NCBI GenBank assembly: GCA_049423385.1
Contig: JBMSQQ010000005.1
Coordinates: 1-64,000 of the forward strand
From: Silvanigrellaceae bacterium
GTDB lineage: Bacteria; Bdellovibrionota_B; Oligoflexia; Silvanigrellales; Silvanigrellaceae
Direction of reading: 5' to 3'
Length of the DNA: 64,000 bases
Within the stretch, counting starts at the first letter, position 1. Every line of letters starts with the position of its first letter. Shown in pieces: positions 19,572 to 29,247 of the stretch. The notes beneath the pieces were generated by a model. It was not told where the DNA came from. It was given only the letters and a program-made list of their open reading frames with translations, and made no database searches. Position numbers and translations under genes: made by a program.

Positions 19572-20261
19572 ATGAGCATTTTGCGGCGCATCTTTTGTTC
19601 GTCGATGGTTCTGCTGGCTGCAGTTCCACTTGCGTCCCGTGCAGCCGATGAAAGTGCGCAATTCCAGAACGTGGAAATTCGCGTCATCAGACCCAAGTTC
19701 TTTCAAAAGTCGTTGCGCTTCGAGTTCGGTGCCAGCATTGCCGCTGTGATGAACAAATCATTCACATACACCTATCTTCCCACCGCCCGCCTCAGCGTGC
19801 ACTTCACTGAATGGCTGGAGCTCTTTGGCGAAGGCGCCGTCGGCCTGACCATCAACAAGTCCGACTGTACCGAATTGGGCAGCAAATTTTCGATCGAGCC
19901 GGTGGTCGATGAATTTGACAAGCTTTTTGGTGGGGGGATCGCAGTCACGCCAATCTACGGCAAATACCAGCTTGGCAGTGGTGATGTGGTTTACTTCGAT
20001 TGGTTCTTGATTGGCGGTGGTGGGATGGCCAACATGAACAGGCGCGAGCAGGGTTGCAAACCCAGGGCTGCGGATGAGCCGCTCAAAAGACCCGAACCTT
20101 ATTCACCGGTGCAGTTCAATTTTGGCACAGGACAAAGATTTTTCCTGAACAAGAACTCGTCGGTCAACTGGTATGTTCGTGATTTTGTGGTCGGGTTGCC
20201 GAAAAATGCTGGATTCAACCAAAACGTGACGTTGTCCTTCGGGGCAAGCTACTACTTTTGA
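19572..20261 (+). CDS. Outer-membrane beta-barrel protein (GltA/B/H-like)
   Basis: Signal peptide; IRVIRPKFFQK...FEF; TPIYGKY...YFDW; GTGQRFF; terminal YYF. Confidence 0.8.
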   Translation: MSILRRIFCSSMVLLAAVPLASRAADESAQFQNVEIRVIRPKFFQKSLRFEFGASIAAVMNKSFTYTYLPTARLSVHFTEWLELFGEGAVGLTINKSDCTELGSKFSIEPVVDEFDKLFGGGIAVTPIYGKYQLGSGDVVYFDWFLIGGGGMANMNRREQGCKPRAADEPLKRPEPYSPVQFNFGTGQRFFLNKNSSVNWYVRDFVVGLPKNAGFNQNVTLSFGASYYF

Positions 20262-21847
20262 TTGGAATGGGAATGAGTGCTGTTAGATTCAAAAGAAAAG
20301 GTCAACCGGGTTATCGCCGTGGACTAAGCTGCGCGATTGCCATGTTGATCTCGATATCGCTGGTTCCTGCCGCCCATTCCGCAGGTCCGTTGGATGCCGC
20401 CATCCGTGCGCAGCGAAGCGGCGACAACATCACTGCAGCAAAAATCTTTTATCAGGCAGTGACTTCCTCGCAGGGTGAATTGAAACAAGACGCAGAGATG
20501 GGACTCGCCCAGTCCCTCAAACTCGCCGGCTTTCCATATGCCTCGGCTTATTTTTTCAGCCGTTTGGTCAGCCTTGGGCCGAGAGGAAAATACTTCAAGG
20601 CCGGACTCGATGCGCTGAGCGAATTGAATTCACGGGTTCCGCTCGGTCGCGCAAGCATCGCCGGGCTTTTCCAGGTGAGGGCCGATCAGATCGAGATCCC
20701 TGGCGGCGCAAAAGGCTTTTACCACTATTACAAGGGTTTGGAAGCGTTTGACGCGGGTCCGCAAAATCCGAGCAACCTGATTCGGGCAAAAGCTGAATTG
20801 GAGAGGGTGCCTGCCGGCAACACCTATTTCAATCTTGCTCAGTTTTATCTCGGAGTGATTTTTTCAATTCTCAAAAACTCCGACTCCGCGCTCGATTCGT
20901 TCAAGCGTGCACAACGCACAACGAGCGACAACATTCGGCAATTGGCAACAATCAACCTGGCTCGTGTTTACTATGAGCGTCGCGAGTTCAGAGCTTCCTT
21001 TGATTCCTATTCCAAGATTCCACGTGATTCGGATCTCTGGCTGCAGAGCATCTTCGAAGGCGCTTATGGTTTCTTCATGATTCAAAAACACAACAATACC
21101 CTGGGTAACCTGCACACCATCACATCCCCGTTTTTTGAACGGCGATTTTACCCTGAAACATATATTCTGCAGGCCATCACCTATCTTCGCCTCTGCAGGG
21201 TCGCTGAAGTTGATCGTGCGCTGAAACAGTTTCAGGACAGGTACAAACCAAAATTTTCCGATTTGAACCGCCTTCTGAAAACCTACAAAGGTCAGGCAAC
21301 AGCGTTTTATGATGTGGTGGCCCGATATCGGAACACAAAAACGATGAAGGAATTCACTGCGGCAGTTGATATTGTTGACGCTGTCAGCCGTACAGAAGGT
21401 TTCAAGGAAGGTCAGACCGTTGTCAGGAATGTCGAACGCGAGCGTTCGTTGATGCGCACCCGCGGCGCAAAGTTGGATGCTTTGTCTGAAGTGCTGAAGA
21501 AGTATTATTCCGACATGCGTGAAGCAACTGCGGAAAGAACGGGGCAGCAATCGTTCGATCACGCGCTTCAGCTGTTTCGTTATCTGCAAGACCTCAGCAA
21601 CCAGACCCGGCTTATCAATCTGGAACGACAGGCTGTCGTGACGGACACCATCCGGGATGAATACCAGGGCGATCCGGGCGGAGCCGACAAGACGGATTGG
21701 GGCGAGGGAATGAAGCCTCTCAACCTCAAGCAGCAGCTTGAGTACTGGCCGTTTGAAGGTGAATATTGGGAAGATGAGTTGGGAGCGTACATATACAACA
21801 TTGACTCGAAATGTGGTGGCGCTCCCAAGAAGGGCAAGTCGAAATGA
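20258..21847 (+). CDS. TPR protein, GltC-like
   Basis: TPRs; LGNLHTITSPFF; C-terminal EYWPFEGEYWEDELG...SKC. The true start may be a few codons downstream. Confidence 0.8.
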   Translation: MIGMGMSAVRFKRKGQPGYRRGLSCAIAMLISISLVPAAHSAGPLDAAIRAQRSGDNITAAKIFYQAVTSSQGELKQDAEMGLAQSLKLAGFPYASAYFFSRLVSLGPRGKYFKAGLDALSELNSRVPLGRASIAGLFQVRADQIEIPGGAKGFYHYYKGLEAFDAGPQNPSNLIRAKAELERVPAGNTYFNLAQFYLGVIFSILKNSDSALDSFKRAQRTTSDNIRQLATINLARVYYERREFRASFDSYSKIPRDSDLWLQSIFEGAYGFFMIQKHNNTLGNLHTITSPFFERRFYPETYILQAITYLRLCRVAEVDRALKQFQDRYKPKFSDLNRLLKTYKGQATAFYDVVARYRNTKTMKEFTAAVDIVDAVSRTEGFKEGQTVVRNVERERSLMRTRGAKLDALSEVLKKYYSDMREATAERTGQQSFDHALQLFRYLQDLSNQTRLINLERQAVVTDTIRDEYQGDPGGADKTDWGEGMKPLNLKQQLEYWPFEGEYWEDELGAYIYNIDSKCGGAPKKGKSK

Positions 21848-24800
21848 TGCAGTCGATGGGTGTCAGTTCCGTGTTGTTCTTGGCTCTTGGGGCGGGCATT
21901 GCTTCTGCCTCACCAGGTTCACTTGGCGGTTCAGGACAAAACAAATTGAACTCGGCTCCGCAGCAGGTTCAGGTGAAGGAAAGAACCGACAACGAAGTTG
22001 AGAACAAGAAAAAGCGTGGAAAATCCGAGCGCGAAAAAAGAGAAGAACGCGGTGGAGGCCTCAACCGCAGCGATTATGAAACTGCTGCCATAGAAAAAAA
22101 TCTGGGAGCCGCGCTGGACAATGAAATCAGGGCGATGGAACCCCTGGTGGGACGGCTGCCGAGAAAGTCTGAGCAGCGACCTGAAATCATGAAGCGACTC
22201 ATCGAGAGCCTTCACCAAAAGGCAACCCTGACATTCTTCAATGAGACGCGCACTTACGATACTGCGTGGAAAAAATGGGATGAAGGTGGTCGACGTGGAA
22301 TAGAGCCAAAGTTCAGCATGAGCGTCAGCAAGATGTGGACGAGCAAGGTGATTCAGCGCTGTCAGCAGTTCATCACTGAATATCCGGAAGGTCGTGGAAT
22401 CGACGAAGTCTACTTCCAGCTCGCATACGCATTCGACCAGTTGGGGCAGAACAAAGAGGCTGCTCAGTATTATAGCCGCCTTGTTCAAAAGTTTCCCAAC
22501 AGCAGGCGCATCGCTGATGCCCATTACGCACTGGGTGAATTTTATTTTGCCAAGCTCGACTTCAACAAGGCATTGGTTTCTTTCACCGAAGTTGTTCGAT
22601 TCACACGGGCGGCCATCCGTCCTTACGCCGAATTCAAGATTGGTTGGTGTCACTACAATCTTCAGGCATACGGCAAGGCACTTGAAAAGTGGAAATTGGT
22701 TGTCAATCTTGCCAATACCTCCGATACTGCATCAAAAGGGACTCGTGTTCGACTGAAGGACGAAGCTGTTCGCGACATGATTCTTGCTTTTGTCGAACTC
22801 AAGCAAGTGAATCCGGCGATGGATTACATCAGCAAGAACGCAAGCGACAAGAGTGTCGGGGATCTTTACAACAAGCTCTCAACACTGCTGCAGGACAAAG
22901 GCGAATATGATGAAAGTGTCCGTGTTCTCAAGACATTCATTGCCCGAAAACCCAACGATTTGCGCTCGGCTGAATTGCAGATTCAAATTGTCGACACCGC
23001 CAACCTGAAAAATGACAAGACTCTCCTCTGGAAAGAGGTCATGGAGTTGAATCGCGCATTTGGTGCCGACTCTGCATGGGCAAAAGCAAATGCGCAATCG
23101 CCTGACTTCAAAGAGCTGAACGAGAAAATGCACAACGTTGGATATACCTATTCCAAGAAGATGCACTTCCTTGGTCAAAAAGAGAAAAGCGCGTATTACA
23201 TTGAACAGGCAATCAAGGGATACAAGATCTATCTTTCCGCCTATGGCAACCGCAAAGAGGCCACAGAAGTTCGTTTCCTACTCGGCGAGCTCCAGTACAT
23301 GCGTGACCAATACAAGGACGCCGAAAAGACTTTTGCAGGATTCACCTCCAACAAAGAGCTCAAGAACAGCGATCCGCAGCGCTATGAAAAGGCTTTTGAA
23401 TACCAGCGGACCTCGGCATATTTTCTTGTGCAAAAAGACATGTCGGCTTTTCGCGCAGTACAGTTCAAGCCCGAGCAACCATCCAAACCGCTGAGCAGGG
23501 AATTGCAGGATTACGTCACCGTTTGTGACAATTACATGGCTGCGTTTCCGAAAAAGCCAGGCACTCTCGACTGTCAAATCGACACAGCAGAGATCTTCCT
23601 GAAAACCAATAATTTGCCGCAGGCAGAAAAACGTCTGACTGTGCTTGCAAAAGAGCGTTCAAATCGCAAGGAAGGATCGCTGGCTGCTGAGTTTTTGCTT
23701 CTGATGGCCAAGAATGACAAAAAGAAACTTGCAACAGTCACCAATGACCTGCTTACAGTTCCAGCCCTGGCGAACGGCGAAATTGGAAAACGCCTTGTGG
23801 AAATCAAGCGTGCCAATCGTTTTGATGAGGTCAAGGATCTCGAGACGGGCGGTAAATTCGAACAGGCAGCGCAGGAGTTCGAAAGGCTTGGCAGCGACAG
23901 AAGCTACTCCAAGGCAGATGCTGCGTGGTTCAATGCGGGAGTCAACTACCGCAAAGCGAACAAACTGGACAAGTCGGTTCAGTCTTACCAAAGGCTCATT
24001 TCCGATTTCCCGAAAAGCACATTGATTGGCGATGCCATGCTCGAGATTATCGACCTCTCCGCAGGCAGGCTTCAGCTGCAAACTGCCGTGAATTATGTTC
24101 GGATGTATTTGACCCGATTTCCGACATCACCCAAGGCAGCAAAGCTCTATGCCGGAGCTTGCGCATATTATGAAGCTTTGTCCCAGGCAGAGCGTGCGCG
24201 CGAAGTGTGTCCCAAAGTCATTGCGGTGGGTGGGGCGGCGGCAGGAGCAGCGGCTGAATCTTTGGGCAGTGCCCTTGAGAGGTCTGGCCGTTATCAAGAG
24301 TTCATCGAGTTTGCAGAAAAGACAATGGTTCGCTTGGCAGGGAACGCGTCCGAGAAAATCGAGATTTACCACCGCATTGAAGAGGCGGCAAAGCGGATGG
24401 GAAATTCTGCCAAGGCCGGAGCGGCAGTGCAGCAAATCCTCAGTGTCTATGAGTCGAACAAGAAATCCGTTTCCGGACCAGCTTTGTCGTTCGTAGCTGC
24501 CATCAAGTTTGCCAGGGAATATCCGCTCCTCGAAAAGTTCCGCAAGGAGCCCTTGGCAGCTGGGAAATCGGGTGCCGAGTTGGGTCAGAATATTGCCAAA
24601 CGCAACCAGGCTCTGACCGCCCTGAAGGAAAAGTTCAGTGCCATGGCGCAGAGCCTTGGCGATGCGGAATGGTCTGTCGCCAGTTTGTATGTGATTGGTT
24701 ACGCGCACGAGCTGGTTGCTGCAGAGCTTTTCAATCCCCCGCAGCCTCCCGGAATTTCTGGCGACGCGTGGCAAAAAGTGAAGGCCAAATTCGCAGAATT

Positions 24801-25032
24801 CGGTGCCGACTTTCAAAAGAAGGGTAAGGACTTTTACGCGAGTGCAGCGGTTCTGGTCTCGAAATTCGGGATTTACACCGAGTACGGTCAAAAAGTCATT
24901 GGAGCCATGGCACGTCTTGAGCCAACGAAATTCAGTAAACCTGATGATTGGGTTCCGGAAGCAGTCTTTGTCGGAACAGAGGTCATGGATGTCTCGAAAG
25001 TGCGAACTGCGCTTGAGTTGAAAGGAGAGTGA
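21844..25032 (+). CDS. Large TPR protein, GltD (AgmU)-like
   Basis: Signal peptide; many TPRs (DEVYFQLA, YAEFKIGWCHYN); ATG overlaps the upstream stop. Confidence 0.8.
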   Translation: MMQSMGVSSVLFLALGAGIASASPGSLGGSGQNKLNSAPQQVQVKERTDNEVENKKKRGKSEREKREERGGGLNRSDYETAAIEKNLGAALDNEIRAMEPLVGRLPRKSEQRPEIMKRLIESLHQKATLTFFNETRTYDTAWKKWDEGGRRGIEPKFSMSVSKMWTSKVIQRCQQFITEYPEGRGIDEVYFQLAYAFDQLGQNKEAAQYYSRLVQKFPNSRRIADAHYALGEFYFAKLDFNKALVSFTEVVRFTRAAIRPYAEFKIGWCHYNLQAYGKALEKWKLVVNLANTSDTASKGTRVRLKDEAVRDMILAFVELKQVNPAMDYISKNASDKSVGDLYNKLSTLLQDKGEYDESVRVLKTFIARKPNDLRSAELQIQIVDTANLKNDKTLLWKEVMELNRAFGADSAWAKANAQSPDFKELNEKMHNVGYTYSKKMHFLGQKEKSAYYIEQAIKGYKIYLSAYGNRKEATEVRFLLGELQYMRDQYKDAEKTFAGFTSNKELKNSDPQRYEKAFEYQRTSAYFLVQKDMSAFRAVQFKPEQPSKPLSRELQDYVTVCDNYMAAFPKKPGTLDCQIDTAEIFLKTNNLPQAEKRLTVLAKERSNRKEGSLAAEFLLLMAKNDKKKLATVTNDLLTVPALANGEIGKRLVEIKRANRFDEVKDLETGGKFEQAAQEFERLGSDRSYSKADAAWFNAGVNYRKANKLDKSVQSYQRLISDFPKSTLIGDAMLEIIDLSAGRLQLQTAVNYVRMYLTRFPTSPKAAKLYAGACAYYEALSQAERAREVCPKVIAVGGAAAGAAAESLGSALERSGRYQEFIEFAEKTMVRLAGNASEKIEIYHRIEEAAKRMGNSAKAGAAVQQILSVYESNKKSVSGPALSFVAAIKFAREYPLLEKFRKEPLAAGKSGAELGQNIAKRNQALTALKEKFSAMAQSLGDAEWSVASLYVIGYAHELVAAELFNPPQPPGISGDAWQKVKAKFAEFGADFQKKGKDFYASAAVLVSKFGIYTEYGQKVIGAMARLEPTKFSKPDDWVPEAVFVGTEVMDVSKVRTALELKGE

Positions 25033-26171
25033 CGATGTTTCAAGGGAATCGGTCGCTTTTCCTCACTTCGATTGTTGCAGTCGGCCTGATGGCCGGTTGT
25101 GCTTCAACTCCACCGTCTTCCGAGTCGGCATCGTCGTCGGAGCCGGCTGAGTCCCCGGCATCAAAAAATGGAAAATCAAAAGCCGCTGCATCCGAAAAGA
25201 CTTCGCCCGCAGCTCCGGCCGCAGCGAAGCCCACGGGTCAACAGTCGAGTGTTTCATTTGCAATAACCACTTTGGCCAATGAAGAAACTTTTGCGGGTCA
25301 GATTCCCCAACCAAAACTGGAAGACGTGTTGCGTGAACTCGAGCAAGCCGTGCGGGAACGCAATGATGATGGTGGTGCCCTGATTTCCTATCTTGTCTTT
25401 CGCAGAATGTCGGGAGCAAGCAGGGACTTTTTGAGTGTACTTGAGAAACGGGGTTCAACCGCATCATCGCGAGACCCATGGATCTTGATCGAATGCGCCT
25501 ATACAGCCTTGCTGCGTCGGGATTTCGGAATGGTTCAATATCTGCTGGACACTGCGGATGCCGTGGGCAAGGGCAAAGACAAGGTGGCCGCAGCTGTTCT
25601 GCACGCACGCGGGGTGATGTTTTACATCGAGAAGAAAACCGTTCTTGCAATGGCTGCATTCCGGGAAGCTGCAAAACAGAATTATGAGCCTTCTGCACTG
25701 ACGTTGGCGTTGTTGGCAATTCGCACTGGTGATCATGAAGGCGCATTGGGCCAGTTGAATCGACTGAAAGATTCGGCTTCCCGGAATCTAAACGTCAAGG
25801 CCGCATTGGGCATCGCCTATCGCCAGGCGGGAAAAGCCGAAGAGGCGCTTGAGTATCTTCGCGCTGTTCAAAAGGCAAAGCCCGGCGACAAAAGACTTCT
25901 GTGGAATGTGGCACTCGCGATGGGCTCGATTCCAGCCCGGCGCAAGGAAGCTATCGGTCTTCTGGAGAAGTACAACGAGGCGCCAGGTTCAAATTTCGAG
26001 ATTGACACCCGAGCCAGAAATTTTTTGAGCAAATTGCAAAGCCAGGAAGAAGCGGCGCGCGCTGAAGCGGCAAAAGCCAAGGCACCTGCTCCTGCAGCCG
26101 GCGAAAAGTCTGCAAGTTCGACACAAGCCACACCACCTGCAGGTGGAACTGGCGCAACAGGTAATGAGTAA
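25029..26171 (+). CDS. TPR lipoprotein, GltE (AglT)-like
   Basis: LMAGC lipobox; TPRs; position between gltD-like and gltG-like genes. Confidence 0.7.
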   Translation: MTMFQGNRSLFLTSIVAVGLMAGCASTPPSSESASSSEPAESPASKNGKSKAAASEKTSPAAPAAAKPTGQQSSVSFAITTLANEETFAGQIPQPKLEDVLRELEQAVRERNDDGGALISYLVFRRMSGASRDFLSVLEKRGSTASSRDPWILIECAYTALLRRDFGMVQYLLDTADAVGKGKDKVAAAVLHARGVMFYIEKKTVLAMAAFREAAKQNYEPSALTLALLAIRTGDHEGALGQLNRLKDSASRNLNVKAALGIAYRQAGKAEEALEYLRAVQKAKPGDKRLLWNVALAMGSIPARRKEAIGLLEKYNEAPGSNFEIDTRARNFLSKLQSQEEAARAEAAKAKAPAPAAGEKSASSTQATPPAGGTGATGNE

Positions 26172-26193
26172 AAAACTGGAAGGGAATTGACTT

Positions 26194-28173
26194 ATGGCTC
26201 TGTTGCTTGTCGCAAACAAGGTGATGACCGGATATCCCGATTCCGTTGTTCTTGAAGCGGGGCAAATCATCATTGGTCGCCTTACGACGAATCACTTTGT
26301 GTTGTCGGGAGGTGCGATCGAGCCCATTCATGCGATGATCGAAACCGATCCTGAAACAGGCACAACAACAGTCGTCGACATGGCCAGCGACGTGGGTGTG
26401 ATGCTGAATGGTCGCAAGATTGATGTAAGTGCAAACATCAAGGTTGGCGACCGCATTTCGATTGGCGATGTGACAATTGAAGTCAAACCTGCCGCAGACT
26501 CGTCGAATTCGAAAGCTCAGGCGCGCGAAGATACCGGACCCGACACACGCGAGGAAGCTCAAAAAGGCCAACAGCCTCGTGTTGTCAACTCGAGGTTGTT
26601 GTTCACCGCCGAGAAGGATCGTCGTTCTGGGGCGACTCTGGAAGTCGTTGCCTTTTGGGATCAAAGCATCCTCGACGTGCGTCACTACGGTGGAGAGCAA
26701 ATTGCCGGAGATGAACCACGCAGCAATAAAGTGATTCTGGGCAACGAACACGAAGGCGACCTGATTGGCGTGGGCCCCAAAGCAAATACCCGCAACCTTC
26801 GGCTTGCCGACATCAAAGGGTCAAAAACAGTCGTTTACCTCAACGATGAGATGCGGGCCCGCGTTCGTCGCGGCGCGCGCTTTGAGCAGGTCAAGGGACC
26901 TTCGGAAGTTCAATTGGCTTCAAATGACATGGCTCTCGTGCAGCATGGCACCATCAGCTATTTCATGACCCGGGTTGCCCTGCCCAACCCCGTCCTGCGC
27001 AAGGTTGAAGAACTCGATGGCAAGCCCATCATCTTTTCATACGCCGCTGTTCTTTATCTCGTGCTGGCCTTGCTGATTGGAATAGCAAATGCAAACAATC
27101 CGCCACAAGAAGGTCCAAGCGACGAGGCCTGGGCGACTCAATTCACGGTTCGAACGCCGACACCCAAACCTACCGAGAAGTCGGAACCACCGGCACCAAA
27201 ACCGACAGTCGCGATAAAGACTCCTGCACCCGAGAAAAAATCGACGCCTCCGCCAACACCAAAACCAAAATCCACCCCCGCTCCGAAGGTGGAGACTCCA
27301 AAGCCTGCAATCAATACCAACATACAAAGGGCGACTCCAAAGCCCGAGTCACCTGCCAAGAATCAAGGACCCGTGACCGGTGAAAAGAAGACAACCAAGG
27401 ATCCATTCCTGGGACCTCAGAACAACAAGGCCAGCGCAGGCAATGGCGGTGGACCCAAGGGCGGAACTTCGGGAGCTTTTGCAGGACAACGCCAAGGCAA
27501 CGACAAAGCCAGCATGATGGGTGTTGAAGGCGGAAAGAAGGACGAGCTGGGTGGATTGAACCTCGACTCTCTCGGCAGTGACATTGGCAAAACCATCAAC
27601 GCAGAGGGAGCCGGCAAAATCGCAATTGGCGTGAAGGCCAACGGCGGTGGATTGGGCGGCGGCAGCGGCAGCGGAAAACGGGGAAGTATGGGCTTGGGTG
27701 GTATTGGCGAAGGCAATTCAATTTCGGCGGGTGGCCCAGGCAATGCCCTGAATGGCCTTGGTGCTGGAGGATTCGGTGCAGGCGGAAGTGGAGCCGGCGG
27801 ACGCAGGGACAGCGGTGGTGGTGGCAAAATTCGTGTCGGATCGGTGGCCGCCCCATCGGGCGACAGCGTTCTTGAAGGAAACCTGAGCAAAGAAGAAATC
27901 GAAGCGGTCATTCGCGCCAATCTCGCAAAAATCAAAGCCTGCTATGAGCGGCGATTGCAGGCCAAGCGCGGGTTGCAGGGGCGCGTGACTTCTAAGTTCA
28001 TCATCACGCCAGACGGCCGGGTTTCGACGGCAAACATTACCCAAAGCGATTTGAGCGATGGACCAACCGAGAGCTGTATTGCAAGCGAAATCAAACGGTG
28101 GAAGTTCCCGTTGCCACGGGGTGGTGGGCAAGTCTCGGTATCCTATCCATTCGTGTTCACGCCGAGTACATAA
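26194..28173 (+). CDS. FHA + TM + Pro/Gly-rich linker + TonB-C (AgmX/PglI C-terminal) protein, GltG-like
   Basis: IIIGR...HAMI...GVMLNG FHA-like domain; one TM; IKACYERRL...WKFPLPRGGGQVSVSYPFVF. Confidence 0.88.
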   Translation: MALLLVANKVMTGYPDSVVLEAGQIIIGRLTTNHFVLSGGAIEPIHAMIETDPETGTTTVVDMASDVGVMLNGRKIDVSANIKVGDRISIGDVTIEVKPAADSSNSKAQAREDTGPDTREEAQKGQQPRVVNSRLLFTAEKDRRSGATLEVVAFWDQSILDVRHYGGEQIAGDEPRSNKVILGNEHEGDLIGVGPKANTRNLRLADIKGSKTVVYLNDEMRARVRRGARFEQVKGPSEVQLASNDMALVQHGTISYFMTRVALPNPVLRKVEELDGKPIIFSYAAVLYLVLALLIGIANANNPPQEGPSDEAWATQFTVRTPTPKPTEKSEPPAPKPTVAIKTPAPEKKSTPPPTPKPKSTPAPKVETPKPAINTNIQRATPKPESPAKNQGPVTGEKKTTKDPFLGPQNNKASAGNGGGPKGGTSGAFAGQRQGNDKASMMGVEGGKKDELGGLNLDSLGSDIGKTINAEGAGKIAIGVKANGGGLGGGSGSGKRGSMGLGGIGEGNSISAGGPGNALNGLGAGGFGAGGSGAGGRRDSGGGGKIRVGSVAAPSGDSVLEGNLSKEEIEAVIRANLAKIKACYERRLQAKRGLQGRVTSKFIITPDGRVSTANITQSDLSDGPTESCIASEIKRWKFPLPRGGGQVSVSYPFVFTPST

Positions 28174-28267
28174 AAACGCCTATTTTTTGGGCCTTTCATG
28201 CGCTTGACTTTCAGGTTTTTCGCATTCCAGGCCGCCAAAAATTTATAACACACCAAAATTGCAGTCC

Positions 28268-28435
28268 ATTCGTTGGGTTGCATCAGCCGAAGAATCAGAC
28301 TAGGGTTTTAATGTTGACTGAGCAACCAAGAGGACCCTTCAGTGGCTGCCTCTGTGTTGTGTTCCTAGTTTGACGCGAACCGTTCAAGGCTCGGCCTCTG
28401 CAGGCCGAGTTATATCGAACAGCACCTTCGTTTGA
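28268..28435. ncRNA. Candidate structured intergenic RNA (unassigned)
   Basis: TCAGACTAGG/CCTAGTTTGA stem enclosing GAGCAACCA/TGGCTGCCTC; CTCGGCCT-CTGC-AGGCCGAG hairpin. No family confirmed. Confidence 0.3.
28384..28411 (+). promoter_or_regulatory. FliA/sigma28-like promoter TCAA-N16-GCCGAGTT (overlaps a hairpin)
   Basis: tcaa ggctcggcctctgcag gccgagtt, upstream of the M23 gene. Confidence 0.5.
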
Positions 28436-28488
28436 CAGGTTGCGGGGAGAGCATCGGTTCGGTTGCGTCCAGATGATGGGAGTGGGGA

Positions 28489-29247
28489 ATGTTTTTGTTT
28501 CGTGTGAGTGGATGTTTGCTTTCAGTTGCCATGTTGGCAACCGTGGGCTGCATCGCAAAGCGCGAGTCTTCCGAATTGTTTTTGCGGGGATCCATCGCAG
28601 AGTCATCGGAAGTCGTGCAACTTGATCCGGTTTTCCTGTCGCGCCAACGCCTGGTGGAGAGCCGCTTCTTTGGATTTGACGACCAGGCCTCCGCCGAGAA
28701 GGCATCTGGTCGCGATGGTGCAGACGAGTCTGCCGATGAATCACCGGAGAATGAAATCGATGTCGCGATAGAGATGCCTGCGCAAGGCCTCAGCGGCAAT
28801 AGCGTCATGAAGACCATTTTTCCAGTCGACCTCAGCTGGCCGCTCGACGGTCACATCACGAGTCCCTTTGGGATGAGGCATGGCCGTTTGCATGCCGGAG
28901 TTGACATCAAGGGATTGAAGGGTGACCCGATTGTTGCTGCTGCCGATGGCCAGGTGCTTCTCTCAAAGAGGAAGCGAGCCTATGGACTGGTTGCCATAGT
29001 GGGTCATGATCACGACACGCAAACGCTTTACGCGCACATGTTGCGCTTGGCCGTTCGTGAAGGTCAATTTGTCAGAACCGGTGAATTGTTGGGTTATGTT
29101 GGAAGGTCTGGCCGAGCCACTGGCTATCATCTTCACTTTGAAACGAGGGTTTCAGGAGGAGTTCCTCAGGACCCTCTTCGTTTTCTTCCCTCGGGTCGAC
29201 CGGCAAAGGTTGGTTTCGCAGATAAAACCGGCTCTTTCTTGCGCTGA
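28489..29247 (+). CDS. M23 family metallopeptidase, probable lipoprotein
   Basis: HAGVDI, YAHM and HLHFE zinc motifs; ATVGC possible lipobox. Confidence 0.92.
   Translation: MFLFRVSGCLLSVAMLATVGCIAKRESSELFLRGSIAESSEVVQLDPVFLSRQRLVESRFFGFDDQASAEKASGRDGADESADESPENEIDVAIEMPAQGLSGNSVMKTIFPVDLSWPLDGHITSPFGMRHGRLHAGVDIKGLKGDPIVAAADGQVLLSKRKRAYGLVAIVGHDHDTQTLYAHMLRLAVREGQFVRTGELLGYVGRSGRATGYHLHFETRVSGGVPQDPLRFLPSGRPAKVGFADKTGSFLR

Noticed and set aside
28298..28345. ACTAGGG...CTGAG...ACCCTT resembling the 5' half of a TPP riboswitch
   Set aside because: The 3' GAACCUGAU...AGCG core is missing and no thiamine gene follows.
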